Assembly: GCA_951406725.2 (NCBI GenBank) | Contig: OX597817.1 | Location: forward strand, 112,034,001-112,098,000 | Source: Octopus vulgaris | Taxonomy: Eukaryota | DNA: 64,000 nucleotides | Direction: 5' to 3' | In this document: piece after piece, positions 50,468 to 64,000 of the stretch | Numbering within the stretch: the first letter of the stretch is position 1 | Layout: each line of letters opens with the position of its first letter | The notes under the pieces: model-generated | Told to the model about the DNA's origin: nothing | The model's input: only the letters and a program-made list of their open reading frames with translations | Databases searched by the model: none | Program-made: the position numbers and the translations under genes

Positions 50468-52014
50468 CCGTACTCATAGTTTCATGTTATATGACTGTAA
50501 GACAACATCAGGTGGTTTGGTATCAAAAGGGATAATGAAGTATGCAAATGACAAAAGATATTTTTAAATATTCTATAGCTGTGTAGATGTTTTTTACACA
50601 TTGTTTAATGCATACCTCAATTCTAATAAAATTATATGAATAATTGTCAATATATGAAGTAAACTAGGAGATGGTTGCTTTTCACCAGATTTCATTTATG
50701 ACTAACATACACTTTCCTCTTGTGTGAGCCTGGTGGAGAAAGGTCAGTATAGTTAAGGTAGTTTTTGCTTTATTTGAACTTTCAGCATCATCAGCTTTTT
50801 GTATTTCTTTGCTTAATATTTATTTGTAGGTTATTAGTTTTTTTTCCACTTCAAGGATTTTGTAATAATTTGGCTTAGTCAAGGATTATCATAGAAAATT
50901 TGCTTTTGTTTTTTTGGGTTGACTGGAGTTATGAAGCATGATTGGGAAAGCTATTTTCCAGTAAGCATGATTCTTAACTGTAAATTTTAGTTTAAGCAGT
51001 TGAGTTTTATTATTTTTTTCCCTATCATCCCGACTATCTTCTTTTACTATTCTTTTGTGATTCTTTTTAGGTGTTCTAAATATATATAATTAATGATTGT
51101 TTGGTCAAAATTAATTTATACAATATAATGGCTAACAAATTTAACAAAATCGTGTTGAGTGCAGTGGGAAAATTAAGATCATCAAATAGAAAAGAAATTC
51201 TTCGTTCCTTAAAACAATGTGGAAAATTAATTCTGTACTTAAAGACATTTTACAGAATTATTACACAGCAATTAAATAAATGGTCTCTGTAATTTTATGA
51301 ACTTTTAATTCTTTTATTGTAGTGAATAAATATGGCTGTGGCTATATTTAATTCACACATATTGTAAAATAGGCCATGGAAATAAAAACAATTTCATTTT
51401 CTGTTAGAACAGTTATTTCAGTTTTTCTTTTTTTTAAGTAGTAAGAAAATGCAGAATTTTATGTTTCAGTTTTTGCTTTTGCAAATACAATGTTATAGTC
51501 GATATTGTTTTTGATTTTGAATTCATAGACCTTTAACTCCATTCTAAAAAAAAAAAAAAGAACTATATCTGGGAATAATCTTGATCAATTTTTAATTTCA
51601 TTTTCTTAAGAATGGCATCACATTTCCATTCAATTTTTTCATCTCTATTTAGCTTGTAACCTTCAAAATACTTCACCCTCTTGGAGAGACACATCTTCAG
51701 TTCAGGTCAATAATTTAGCCTTTTGCATTTTTATCATCACAGAAAATTTAATTTTAAAGGAAATTACTTCTCCTTGATTCATAATATAAGGAATTAGTCA
51801 TTTTCAATTTGCAGTTTATTGAATGTAAAGATAGAATGTTTGGCCTGATTTCTGCCAATATGCAACTTTCTTTTCGTTGGTTTTTGCAAAACCTTGAGGT
51901 GATACAAATATAGCTAGAGTTAGTATTATAAAGTATGGAGTTATTATATTCTGTATTGCAATCAAAAATTCAAATTCAAATATTTTTTTCTTCTTCACCT
52001 TAGAGAACAGAACA

Positions 52015-52500
52015 GTAGCATGACAGAATCATTAGAGCTTCGGGAAAAAATGCTTTGTGCTATTTTTTCCAGCTCTTTGCAGTTTGTGTTCAAATTCCAC
52101 TGAGGTGAACTTTGCATATCATTACCGTGAGGTTGATAAAATGATGTGCCTAAGAAACTATTATTATTGGCAAAATTGTTAGCACACTGAAAGAAATGGT
52201 TAGCGGTATTTCACCCGGTGATACGTTCTAAATTCAAATTCCGCCAAAGTTGACATTGCCTTTCATCCTTTTGGGGTTGATAAATTAAGTACCACTTGTA
52301 ATTGACACATCCCCTCCCCCAAAATGGCTGCCCTTGTGGCAAAATTTGAAACCAGTATTATTGTGAGTTGGCAGAGTTGTTAGCATGCTAGAAAGATGCT
52401 TAGCAGCATTTTCACCCATCTTCATGATCTGAGTTCAAATTGGCCTTTAATCTTTTCAATAAAATAAGTTCTTGTTGCATACTGGGGTTGATGTAATTGA
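52015..52500 (+). mobile_element. Three tandem degenerate SINE family 4 copies
   Basis: Repeated GGCAGA.T..TTAG...GTTCAAATTCC...GCCTTTCATCC...GATAAA pattern. Confidence 0.55.
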
Positions 52501-55361
52501 CTGTTTTTTTTTTTTACTGTTTTTTTTTTTTTTTTACTTAATATTTGAGAGTGGTCAGGTTCATTTTTAATATTCTTGTTTGTGAGAGCAGTTGACTTTA
52601 TTTTCAGATATTCTCATTTTAAAAGTCATCTCTGGCTAATCGTTGAGAGGACGTTGGTCTTGCCTTGGCGGAGGTTTGTGCTCTCTGAGTGCTCTTGTTA
52701 CTGTTATTATGATACTATTTAAAAGGATAGAAAAATAGTTATTCCTTTTTCTAAGTATTTTGAAATATAAAGTAATTTGATTGTAAGAAAGCTTTTCACA
52801 TTTACAACTCAAGTGGATAACTTTTTTTATTTTAATGAATCGTACACAAGCAAAAAACATTCATAAGAATTGATTGTTAATTCAATCAGCTTATTTTTTT
52901 AGCAGGTCTCCTCTCTGACTGAGCATAAAAATTCTTTTGATAGCCAGATATACACTATGTTATACATATTTGCAGAAGTATTATTTTTCATTTTGCTGGT
53001 TACTCTTCAGATTCTAATTCCTCTTGTTATATGCAGAGAATCCAGGATATCTAATGTTCTTTTTTAAGATGAGAGTGTGATTTGAGGGAGATTTGTCTGC
53101 TATTTCTAGTAGATTGAGTGGCCATATATAGGCTTTCTCATTAGTTTGAGTTGTGTCTTGTATGTGGAGCAACTGCCACTTTTGACTTGTTTTACCAAGA
53201 TTTTTTTTAAAGTACAAAATACATTTTTAAAATTATTTATTTCATCTCATTTTTGCATTAACATTTCATTCTTGATAGCTATGCTTGATTTATCATCCTT
53301 CTTATGATTTAATATTTGAGAAACTTATCTATATCAATTTTTTCATTTACTCTTTTATGCTAATTTTTCATGTTTAGTATTGTTATTTGATTCTTGAATA
53401 TTGTAGCAAGTACTTTTGCATTCAACATCTAAAAAACTTAGCTTCTTAATTTCATATCCACTTGGTGGTTTTGCTAAAGCTCTGTTTTGATTTCATTTTT
53501 TAATTTGTCTTTTCCTATGCTTCTAGAGATTGAGAACAATTGTAGTATTGATTATTTCCTATTTTCCCTGGCTTTTGTTAATTTTTCTACTGGTCTTCAA
53601 AATATCAGCTGACTTATTACATGTTTTTTTATGGTTTACTTCTGTTATGGCTACAGGTATATTTTACTTAACTTACAGTGATGCATTTTTGCTGAGTCTA
53701 TAATTTCATAGTTTGGCACAAGGCCTCAGATAGGGGTAGAGTCACCTGAAACAATTGCAGTCCATTATTGTATTTATTCTATTGACTCCAGAGAGATAAA
53801 AGATGTACTCAGTCTCAGTGTGAACTTGGAATGTACAAAAGACTAAATATTACATGATGTTCAGTTCCTTATACAACTGTCTCAGACACTCCAGTATTGC
53901 TTTGGATACAGTAATATTGATTTTAAGTTAGGCATATTGACCCAGGCAGTAAAGAGAGACCAAGCCCTTTTTTATTTAGTTTATGATTTCAAATATAACA
54001 TTTTACATCCTCTATTAAAATGGTTTCCTAAAGCAATCAGGATTCATACAACTTAGTAATAATTAACACCAAAAGGGCATAAATACATTTTAAAATTCCA
54101 CTAACTCTCCATTTATAAAGGTCCCACAGCTAAATGTTTATATACTTTACACAGACTATTTTTTTCTATCATTAACACACCCCACACAAAAATATATATA
54201 AATTAACTTTTAATGATGATGCATAATAGGAAAAGCATTTACAAACTATCAGCAACATATCACTCAGTATTAAGTTATGCTTCTCCCTCTCCCACTAAAA
54301 ACATTATTGTTCTGACATCATCACTTAAATATATTTCTTAGTGTCTTTCCTCTTTCTCTTCATTCATAATGTTTCATTCTGTTTATCTCTAGAATTGTGT
54401 TCTCTTAGACTTCCGGCCATGTTTTTCGTTGAAAATTAGTCAGCAATAATTGCAACTAAAAATTAACTGAACTAAAATCATTTAGATCTATGCACTATGG
54501 CCTTGCTTCTTTGGACTATAAATTAAAAAGAAAAGTGAAACTACTCAGACATAGGAGCCTTGGGGTTTGGGGGCAGTGTGGAATTATCTGTTTTCAAGGT
54601 GATTGACTATTGCAAAGGAACCACTTAAGAATTAAGTTGAATTAGATTTTGTGAGCTTTGAGTCATTCATACAAAGATTTCTGTCATCTATTGTCTTGTT
54701 CTCCCTAGCACCTAAAACTAGTTCCCAGATGACTAGGTTCCTTTTTATCAGTTTCTTTGCAGTTAAGTATGTCTATGCTGTATACTACTGATAAGATCTA
54801 AAAAGTAAAATCGAAACTTCAGTATTTATAAATGTTTCTGAATAAGATTGCAAATATTGAGGATTCCATTACCTTTAAGAATTATACATGAAGAAATTTC
54901 TACATGGTCACCTTACTTGCTAGAAAGAGCAGCCATATTTCCTCAAAATTACTCCCTACCATCCTATGAAAAAAAGTATAATTTCTGGAATGTCTCTTAA
55001 TCATGAGTTTGTTCGATCTAAGAAAAACAAAGATCAAAACAGGGTTAAACAATGGCAAAGTGGCTCAAATAGTTGTGGAGACATACCTATTTATATTTGT
55101 TGCTTTAAAAGAGGTCAATTAATTTGATAGGTTGTAAGGACAATGCATCATTCATAAACAGTACTTGTTTTTTCCTCAAATATTTCAAGATATTACAAAA
55201 GTTTATCATAAAACATTTTATAAACAATATTATGTAATTGTTGTGCTTTATTATGTTGTGTACTGTACATACAACACAACGTCACTTGGGTAATATACTC
55301 AAAGCAAGTGTATTACCCATGCACTCACTTCAGTCCATATGAATCAACATGTATATACATA

Positions 55362-56169
55362 CATGGTGCATTCAAAAAGTATCTGACTTTATTTTTCCTG
55401 CCAAAACCAATGCCATGTGGGCAAAATCCTTTGGGTGAGAGGTGATACTATGTTTTCTGCATACAGACATGTAGTGTGCACTGATTTGATTTTCATTTTC
55501 ACTGAACACATTGAGCAGAGATATTGCATTAAATTTGGCCAAAAACCTGATGATACTTAAGCTCAAACTATCCAGAAGATTCAGCATGATTTGAAAGGCA
55601 AACACGGATCAAGGAGTGGTACAACTGCTTCAAACATGGCCACACCTCAGAGTGCGAGGCACAGTCAGGCAGGTAATCCACAAGCTGAAATAAGGAGCCA
55701 GTTGAGAAGCTTTGGAGAATAGTCATGGTAGACCACTGTGTAACAATCCTGGAAATTGCTCACAAAGTGAGAATAAGCACAGAATCATTGCATTTCATTT
55801 TAATGGGGGATTTGTGTATATGGAGAAATTTACCATGAAGGTGCTGGCAGAGCAACAGAAGCAACTCCACATAGAAATCGCTCAGGACATGTTGGACAGT
55901 GCAAACCATCATCCAGATTTCATGAAGACCATCGTCACTGGTGATACGACATGGGTTTATGGTCTCTGTTTGATGCATTTGATCATCTTGTGAAAAAACA
56001 AAAATCTGTGTTCTAGGCATAGCAGCTGGGAACTTACGTGGCCTACCAGTATGAAATTTTCACACATGCACAGGAAGGATTGCATCACCTCCCACCTAAA
56101 GGACTTTACCCATATGGCATTAGTTTTGGCAGGAAAAAATAAAGTCAGGTACTTTTTCAATGCACTTCA
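55362..56169 (+). mobile_element. Internally deleted mariner-family element with ~90-bp TIRs
   Basis: TA|CATGGTGCATTCAAAAAGTATCTGACTTTATTTTTCCTGCCAAAAC...GTTTTGGCAGGAAAAAATAAAGTCAGGTACTTTTTCAATGCACTTCA|TA. Peptides EQRYCIKF and KTIVTGDTTWVYG (TGDETW box). Confidence 0.85.
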
Positions 56170-56643
56170 TACATGTATAAACACACGCATATACATAGAC
56201 ATATCCATAAGTATACATATATGTGAACACATACTACATAGATCTATATATGTATCATCATCATCATTTTAGTGTCCAATTTTCCATGCTTGCAGATTGG
56301 ACCGAATTTATTGACGCAGGTTTTCTCTGGCCAGATGCCCTTCCTGTCACTAACCCATACCTTTTCCAAGCAAGATAATATTCCCCCATGGCCAGACATT
56401 TTCTCAGTATATAGAAAATGCATGACATTCATTTACAACAATCACATAATGTCAAGACAGGGCAGCACAAATATTTACACACACTCACCCACACATACAT
56501 ATGAGTATTATAAGATGTGGATTCAGAGAATCATGTAACTATAATAGTAAGTTTCTCATATTAGCTATTAGCTGTAAAGCAGCTGCAACCCTATGGAAGC
56601 CACATGGTTAAATAAATCTGTATTCACCTCTCACACCTGACTT

Positions 56644-56647
<4 letters not shown>

Positions 56648-56725
<78 letters not shown>

Positions 56726-56988
56726 TGTATATATATATATATATTATATATATATATGTATATATATATATGTATATATATATATGTATATATATATATG
56801 TATATGTATATATATGTATATATATATATGTATATATATATATGTATATGTATATATATGTATATGTATATATATATGTATATGTATATATATATATGTA
56901 TATATATATATGTATATGTATATATATATGTATATGTATATATATATATATGTATATGTATATATATATGTATATGTATATATATATG

Positions 56989-57046
<58 letters not shown>
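56648..57046. repeat. (GT)n followed by (TA)n/(TATG) microsatellite
   Basis: Direct reading. Confidence 0.95.
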
Positions 57047-57047
<1 letters not shown>

Positions 57048-57660
57048 TGACTATTGCTCTCAGCTTTGACTATTGCTCTCAGCTATGGTCACCATCCAGT
57101 GTCAAGTTGATCACAGAACTTGAGGCGATCCAACGAAGCTACACAAAGAAGATAGCCTCTATGCAGAATGTAAGCTACTGGGAAAGACTCAAGAGATTAA
57201 AATTATATTCCCTGGAGCGTAGGCGGGAAAGATATGCCATAATATACATCTGGAAGATCCTGGAGGGAAGTGTCCTGAACTTTGGCATCGAGAGTTACAC
57301 AAATGCCAGAACTGGGCGCCACTGCGTGGTGCCTAGGACTCCAAACCTGCCATCAAGATGTAGGACAAGATTCTGTGATAGCCTGGGCTTCCGAGGCCCA
57401 CAGCTCTTCAATATCCTCCCGAAGAACCTGAGAGACCTGCATGGGGTGGATACAGATGTCTTTAAAATGAAGCTGGATCTCTTCCTGTCAGGTGTCCCAG
57501 ATGAACCAACTTCACGGCAGGAGGGGCAGATGAGGGCAGCTGCATCGAACTCTCTCATGCACCAAATAGCAGTTGCTAGAAAGCCTCCATGAAGTGAAAC
57601 CAAGTAGCAATGCCAAATGGCGGTGCCCCAGCATGGCCACAGCTAATAAGCTGAAACTAG

Positions 57661-57700
<40 letters not shown>
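57047..57700 (+). mobile_element. 5'-truncated LINE-B subfamily copy inside (TA)n
   Basis: [12 protein letters not shown]...AVARKPP* is identical in translation to the 25994-26878 copy. (AATC)10 tail at 57661-57700; 19-bp tandem duplication at the 5' junction. Confidence 0.93.
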
Positions 57701-58965
<1,265 letters not shown>

Positions 58966-59119
58966 GGGCGTTCGAGGGCCTTTGCGCTCGCGCGCCTTGG
59001 CGCGCGCTTGGGGGCTCGGTCGGGCCCTTTGGGCTTGCGTTGCACTGCTTGTGCGCTGTGTGCGTGAGCGCGCTTCGTGTGTGTGGGCTTGCTTCGGATG
59101 TGCGCTTGCGTATGTTTGC

Positions 59120-60680
59120 ATACATACCCACACACTCGCATGCATCCCTACCCACATACATACACGCACACCTACACACACACACACATACACACACACA
59201 CACACACATACATACATACATACACACACACATACCCCCACTTCAGACATACACACACACAGACATACACCCATACACCCACACTCACACGCATACACAC
59301 ACACACACGCACACGCACACGCACACACACACACACACACACACCTACATACATACATTACACTTGTATACACACACTACCTACACACACACACAAACAC
59401 ACACTACACAGCCATACCCTCACTCAGACACACACATCTACCTACACACACACACAAACACACACTGACACACACCCATACATACATACATCTACACACT
59501 CACGCCTACACACATACATACACACATACATAAAAACACGCACATACACATACGCACACACGCATATACTTATACACATGCACACACACACACATACATA
59601 CATACACCCATATACATACACACACACATACCTACATACTCCTATACGCACATACATACACACAGACATACACACATACACACTCACACAAACATACACA
59701 CACACATACTTACACACACACTCACCTGCACGCGCACACACATGCATGACAAACACTCATACACTCACACACGCACACACCAACATAAACACGCACACGC
59801 ACACACACACCTACACTCCCACACACCTACACTCCCACACACATACACACGCACCTACATACACACACGCACGCATACACACGCATACACACATACATTA
59901 CACACGTACACACACACCTACATACACATGCATACACACACACACACAAACATGCACGGACACACCCAGACATACATACATACACCTATATACACACGCC
60001 CACACACCTACATACACACACATATACACACGCCCACACAGCTACATACACACACATACATACACACATACACGGACACACCCATACATACTTACATACA
60101 TACACCTATACACACACGCCTACACACCTACACACACACACACGCACATACACACACATATACGCACACACATATATACCCACACACATGCACACACACA
60201 CACATACGCACATACATGCACACGCGCACACCTACACGCATACACACACACACACGCACGTACACATACATACATACACACACGCATACATACACCCATA
60301 CACATACATGCATCCTACACACACATACATACACACTCACACATACATACACACACACGCACTCACTCACACACCTGTATGTTCGCGCACACACATGCAC
60401 ATACACACACTTCCCCACACCCACACGTACATACATACACACTCATACACATACACACACACACACACACACGGACATACATATATACACACATACTCAC
60501 ATACATTCATCGGACACACTGCCACCCAGACATACACACAGACACACTCACACATCCACACACACACATACGTACGCGCACACTCGCAGGCGCGCGCACA
60601 CTCGCAGGCGCGCGCACACTCGCAGGCGCGCGCACACACGCGCTTGCGCTGGTTCGCGCACGCATGCGCGCCGCATGCAC
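59120..60680. repeat. Degenerate (CA)n/(CATA)n low-complexity tract, probably low-quality consensus
   Basis: Irregular CA-rich sequence; CACACTCGCAGGCGCGCG x3 at ~60578-60632. Confidence 0.8.
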
Positions 60681-61289
60681 CTCGCCCTTGGACCCGACGA
60701 GACCTCCCGCCCGTTCCTGGGATGTCGCTTGTCGTTGGGTTTTCCCATGCCCGTCTCCGCGGGACCACTCTTCCATCTTCCCCTCCGCTGGAGTCCTTTT
60801 CCTAAACCCCCCTCTTTTTTTTTCGTTACACACACGCGCACACATATACACACATTGCTTAAACATATACATTACTCTTACACACATTCAATCTACTCGC
60901 CACTAATACTACCACGACACTGGACACACACACACACTACTACTCAACACACGCTGGCACGCTACATACGCCCCCACCCCTTCCCCTCCCTCCCTTCCTC
61001 CTTCCTCCCTTTTCTTACTACTGACCTTTGTCTGCTATGCTGCTGCTATGCTGACCACCATCTCGCCCTACCTCACACGCCTACACACAGACGCACACAC
61101 TAACACATACATATATTTTTTGTTTTTTTACCTCGCCTCACACACACATACACACACGCACACTCACACATACACACACACATCTGTTGCGTTACCAACC
61201 TTGTCTCCACTCTTTTGCCTTTAAAAACCCACTTTGCTCTTGTTATCGTAAACATCCGCCTTTCACCATGTGCTACTCCTAACACCAGT

Positions 61290-61478
61290 CGTTTTTTTCT
61301 CTATCTCCGTTGCCCGCTCCGGGATCTTTCTTTCCTCTCTCTTCCTTCTTTATGTTTCCGACGAAGAGCTCCGCTCGAAACGTCATACCTCCCTGCTTCC
61401 ATTTCCTGAGCGCCTATTAATAATAATACTGTAATTGTTCCATTGTTGTTGTTTTTTTGTTTCCCGTTTGGATTAAAA
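61290..61478 (+). mobile_element. Penelope-like terminal-repeat fragment with minimal hammerhead-like motif
   Basis: gttt-CCGACGA-a-GAGCtccGCTC-GAAAC-GTC-atac at 61354-61388; homologous to 39337-39530. Confidence 0.55.
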
Positions 61479-62214
61479 TTATATATATATATATATATGT
61501 ACAGAGCGAGAGAGAAAGAGGGCTTATTTCAGTTTCCATCTATCAAATCCACTCAATAAGGCTTTGGTCAATCTGGAGTTAAAAAAGAAAACACTTGTCC
61601 AGATTACCATGCAGTGTGATTGAAATCATATTGATGTACCTAATTTTGTTCATAACAGGTGATTCACCAGTGTAAGGGGTCTTGTCTCTTCACTCAATGC
61701 TAATCCACTAGATCAATAATTCTAACGAGTACAGGCAGTTCATAGAAATCAGCAAATTGTTTGTTGATGTGTGCTTATGTCTACAAACAGATAATAAATC
61801 ATGAGGCACATGCAGAACAACAAAAATTCAAATAACATATTCATTAATTTTCAGAACAGTCTAGCAGATTTGAACTTGAATATCTGATTGTTGTTTTTTT
61901 TTGTTTTTTTTTACTGGAGAACATCTCCCTTTAGATAATGTGGGTTCATAACCCATGTGATTCACCAGTGTGAGGGAACCTTGAGACATGTTTTTATTTT
62001 GCTTACTATACAAACTCTGATGACTTGATGCTGTAATCTGAGTGTTAGATATTTTCTTGAATACCAAATTTATTCATCACTTAAATAAGATGTAAGGATG
62101 TAATGAATAAGTGTATGAACATTTCTACATACTTGGTTTTACAGTGCACATTGTGTGCGTGTGCGTGTGTCTATGTGAGATATATCTAGATATATTTATA
62201 GATGTCTATGTAAA

Positions 62215-62255
<41 letters not shown>

Positions 62256-62848
62256 ACATGCATATGTATAGATGTGTATGAATGTTGCCACTCTTGTGCA
62301 TAGCAGATCCAAAATGATACATAACTATACATGTATTTGTATGGCTTGAATGGTTAAGAAGTTTGTTTCAATAATAATGTACCAGTTTTGATCCCACTAC
62401 CTGGCATCTTGAGCAAATGTCATGTTTTTGGTTTGGTTTGACCCGTAAGTTGTGAATATAGCAACCCATCAGATTGACTGTACTTTTAATCTAAAGGTCC
62501 AATCTTGTCACATAGTTCCATTCTAGCTTTTGCCTTGGTTGTACATGAAAGGTACACATGTTTGTGCAATACTCAGACACTAATTCATTGAGCATGTGTT
62601 TAAGCAGCTCAAAGAACTGAACACTCATTGTTGAAATTCTGATCAAAATTCAATTTCCTACACACACATACATATACAATAAAATACAATATATCTATAG
62701 TGTTTTATTGAAGCTGAATAACTTTACAAACTTTTTACTCCGAGTAAGTTTGTGAAGTTTCTCAGTTTCAATAAAATACTATAATTTAATCTACTTTTGG
62801 TATTTGAGTGCTATTTTCTCCACCAATGTGCTCGCTTGTGTATGTGTG

Positions 62849-62880
<32 letters not shown>

Positions 62881-64000
62881 TGTATATATACATGCATATG
62901 TATATGTGTGTGTGTATATATACATACATACACATATATATAGTAGAAATCATGATAAGCACACTCTGGATGTCATAGCTAGTAACACAGTATATTAGTA
63001 GTTAAACCACTATACTGGAAACAGACTGGATAATGATAATCTATGTGGAGCATTAAACTCAACACATACATACACATACACACACACACACTCATGTGTA
63101 TGTGTGTGTCTTTCATTAGATGTATGACTATACTAAAGTTTTATTATTTTCTTTTATATTTATTATATTTTCTAATTCGCTTTTTACAGTTAATTTGGAA
63201 CAGCAGAATTCCTAAATTTCTAGGTCTTCATGGTCTCATTATTAAGGATTGAACTGAATTGAATATATTTGACATTTTAGTTGTTTCTTTCATACCAATT
63301 GAATTTGTGTTGACTTTCCACCAAAAGGGTTTTGACAGTTAGCATTATGCATTAACAGCCATGTGTTGATATGTTTATTGTAAACAAAATTTGACTGTGT
63401 TATGTTCTTTACATTTTTTATGTCAGTAGCTTCATGTTAATTTTTTGATGTGTATGTTTGAGTGTTAATTTTAGTATTGTATTGCAATATGAGTATGGTT
63501 TCCATAATTAATCTTCCATTTTGAGTGGAATTTTTATAAAGTATTTTTCTCAAGTAGTTTCTTATCTAATAATGTTGTGCACAGTTCCTTTCTGCAAGTA
63601 CATAATGAGCCTACATGAGAGTGTTGTATTGATCTGTCCAATGTTAACAGCTCGTGTCCTGAGGTTTCTAACATTCCGTTTTACAGTCAAATTTATAGAT
63701 AATATTGGTCATCTGCAATTTATTCTTGAGTTCATATTTTTGGTGTGTTATTGATAAGGAAGTTATTGAATATTGGTAGTTTTGTAGCATAATATGAGTT
63801 TTAAACAAGCATTAAAAAAAAGCTATTCCCCTTACATATGCTTGTGTGTCTGTGTGTGTGTGTGTGTGTGTAATTATATGTATATACATGAACTGGTCAG
63901 AATTCATTGAGGCAGATTTTTCCATAGTAAGATGCCCTTCATGTTCCTAAAACTCACCTGCTTCCGAGCAAGATAATATCGCTCCATGACTGGACATGTT

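Noticed and set aside
58966-59119. GC-rich CpG-island-like patch
   Set aside because: Short, sits at the start of a noisy low-complexity block and has no recognisable structure; likely a low-quality read segment.
59077-61103. His/Thr-rich ORFs of 450-609 aa
   Set aside because: Translations of a degenerate (CA)n tract; the irregular pattern suggests noisy consensus.

Overview
AT-rich eukaryotic genomic DNA with no prokaryotic features. The repeat families resemble those of Octopus/coleoid cephalopods (an inference). The window lies inside one + strand gene, NIPBL/Nipped-B (cohesin loader). Its first two coding exons (9522-9588 and 49106-49274) are missed by the ORF track and are separated by a 39.5-kb intron. 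About 17 kb of that intron (10296-27500) is a (TA)n microsatellite packed with retroelements. These include two nearly complete APE-RT non-LTR retrotransposons (CR1 group, Zenon-like): LINE-A at 11746-15500 and LINE-B at 16581-19704, the latter with an intact 998-codon ORF2. Truncated copies and SINEs lie between them, each flanked by (TA)n. The most interesting signals are: (i) an apparent (TA)n-associated LINE/SINE system with a shared, co-varying 3' stem-loop; (ii) a CCCH-finger ORF1 joined to ORF2 through a candidate -1 frameshift site inside a hairpin; (iii) a palindromic element with a tRNA-like Pol III head between two hammerhead-ribozyme-like arms; (iv) a foldback element carrying TTAGGG repeats. 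The rest is decayed mariner, piggyBac, Helitron, RTE and SINE debris plus microsatellites. The long Ile/Tyr- and His/Thr-rich ORFs are microsatellite artefacts, and some segments look like low-quality consensus.
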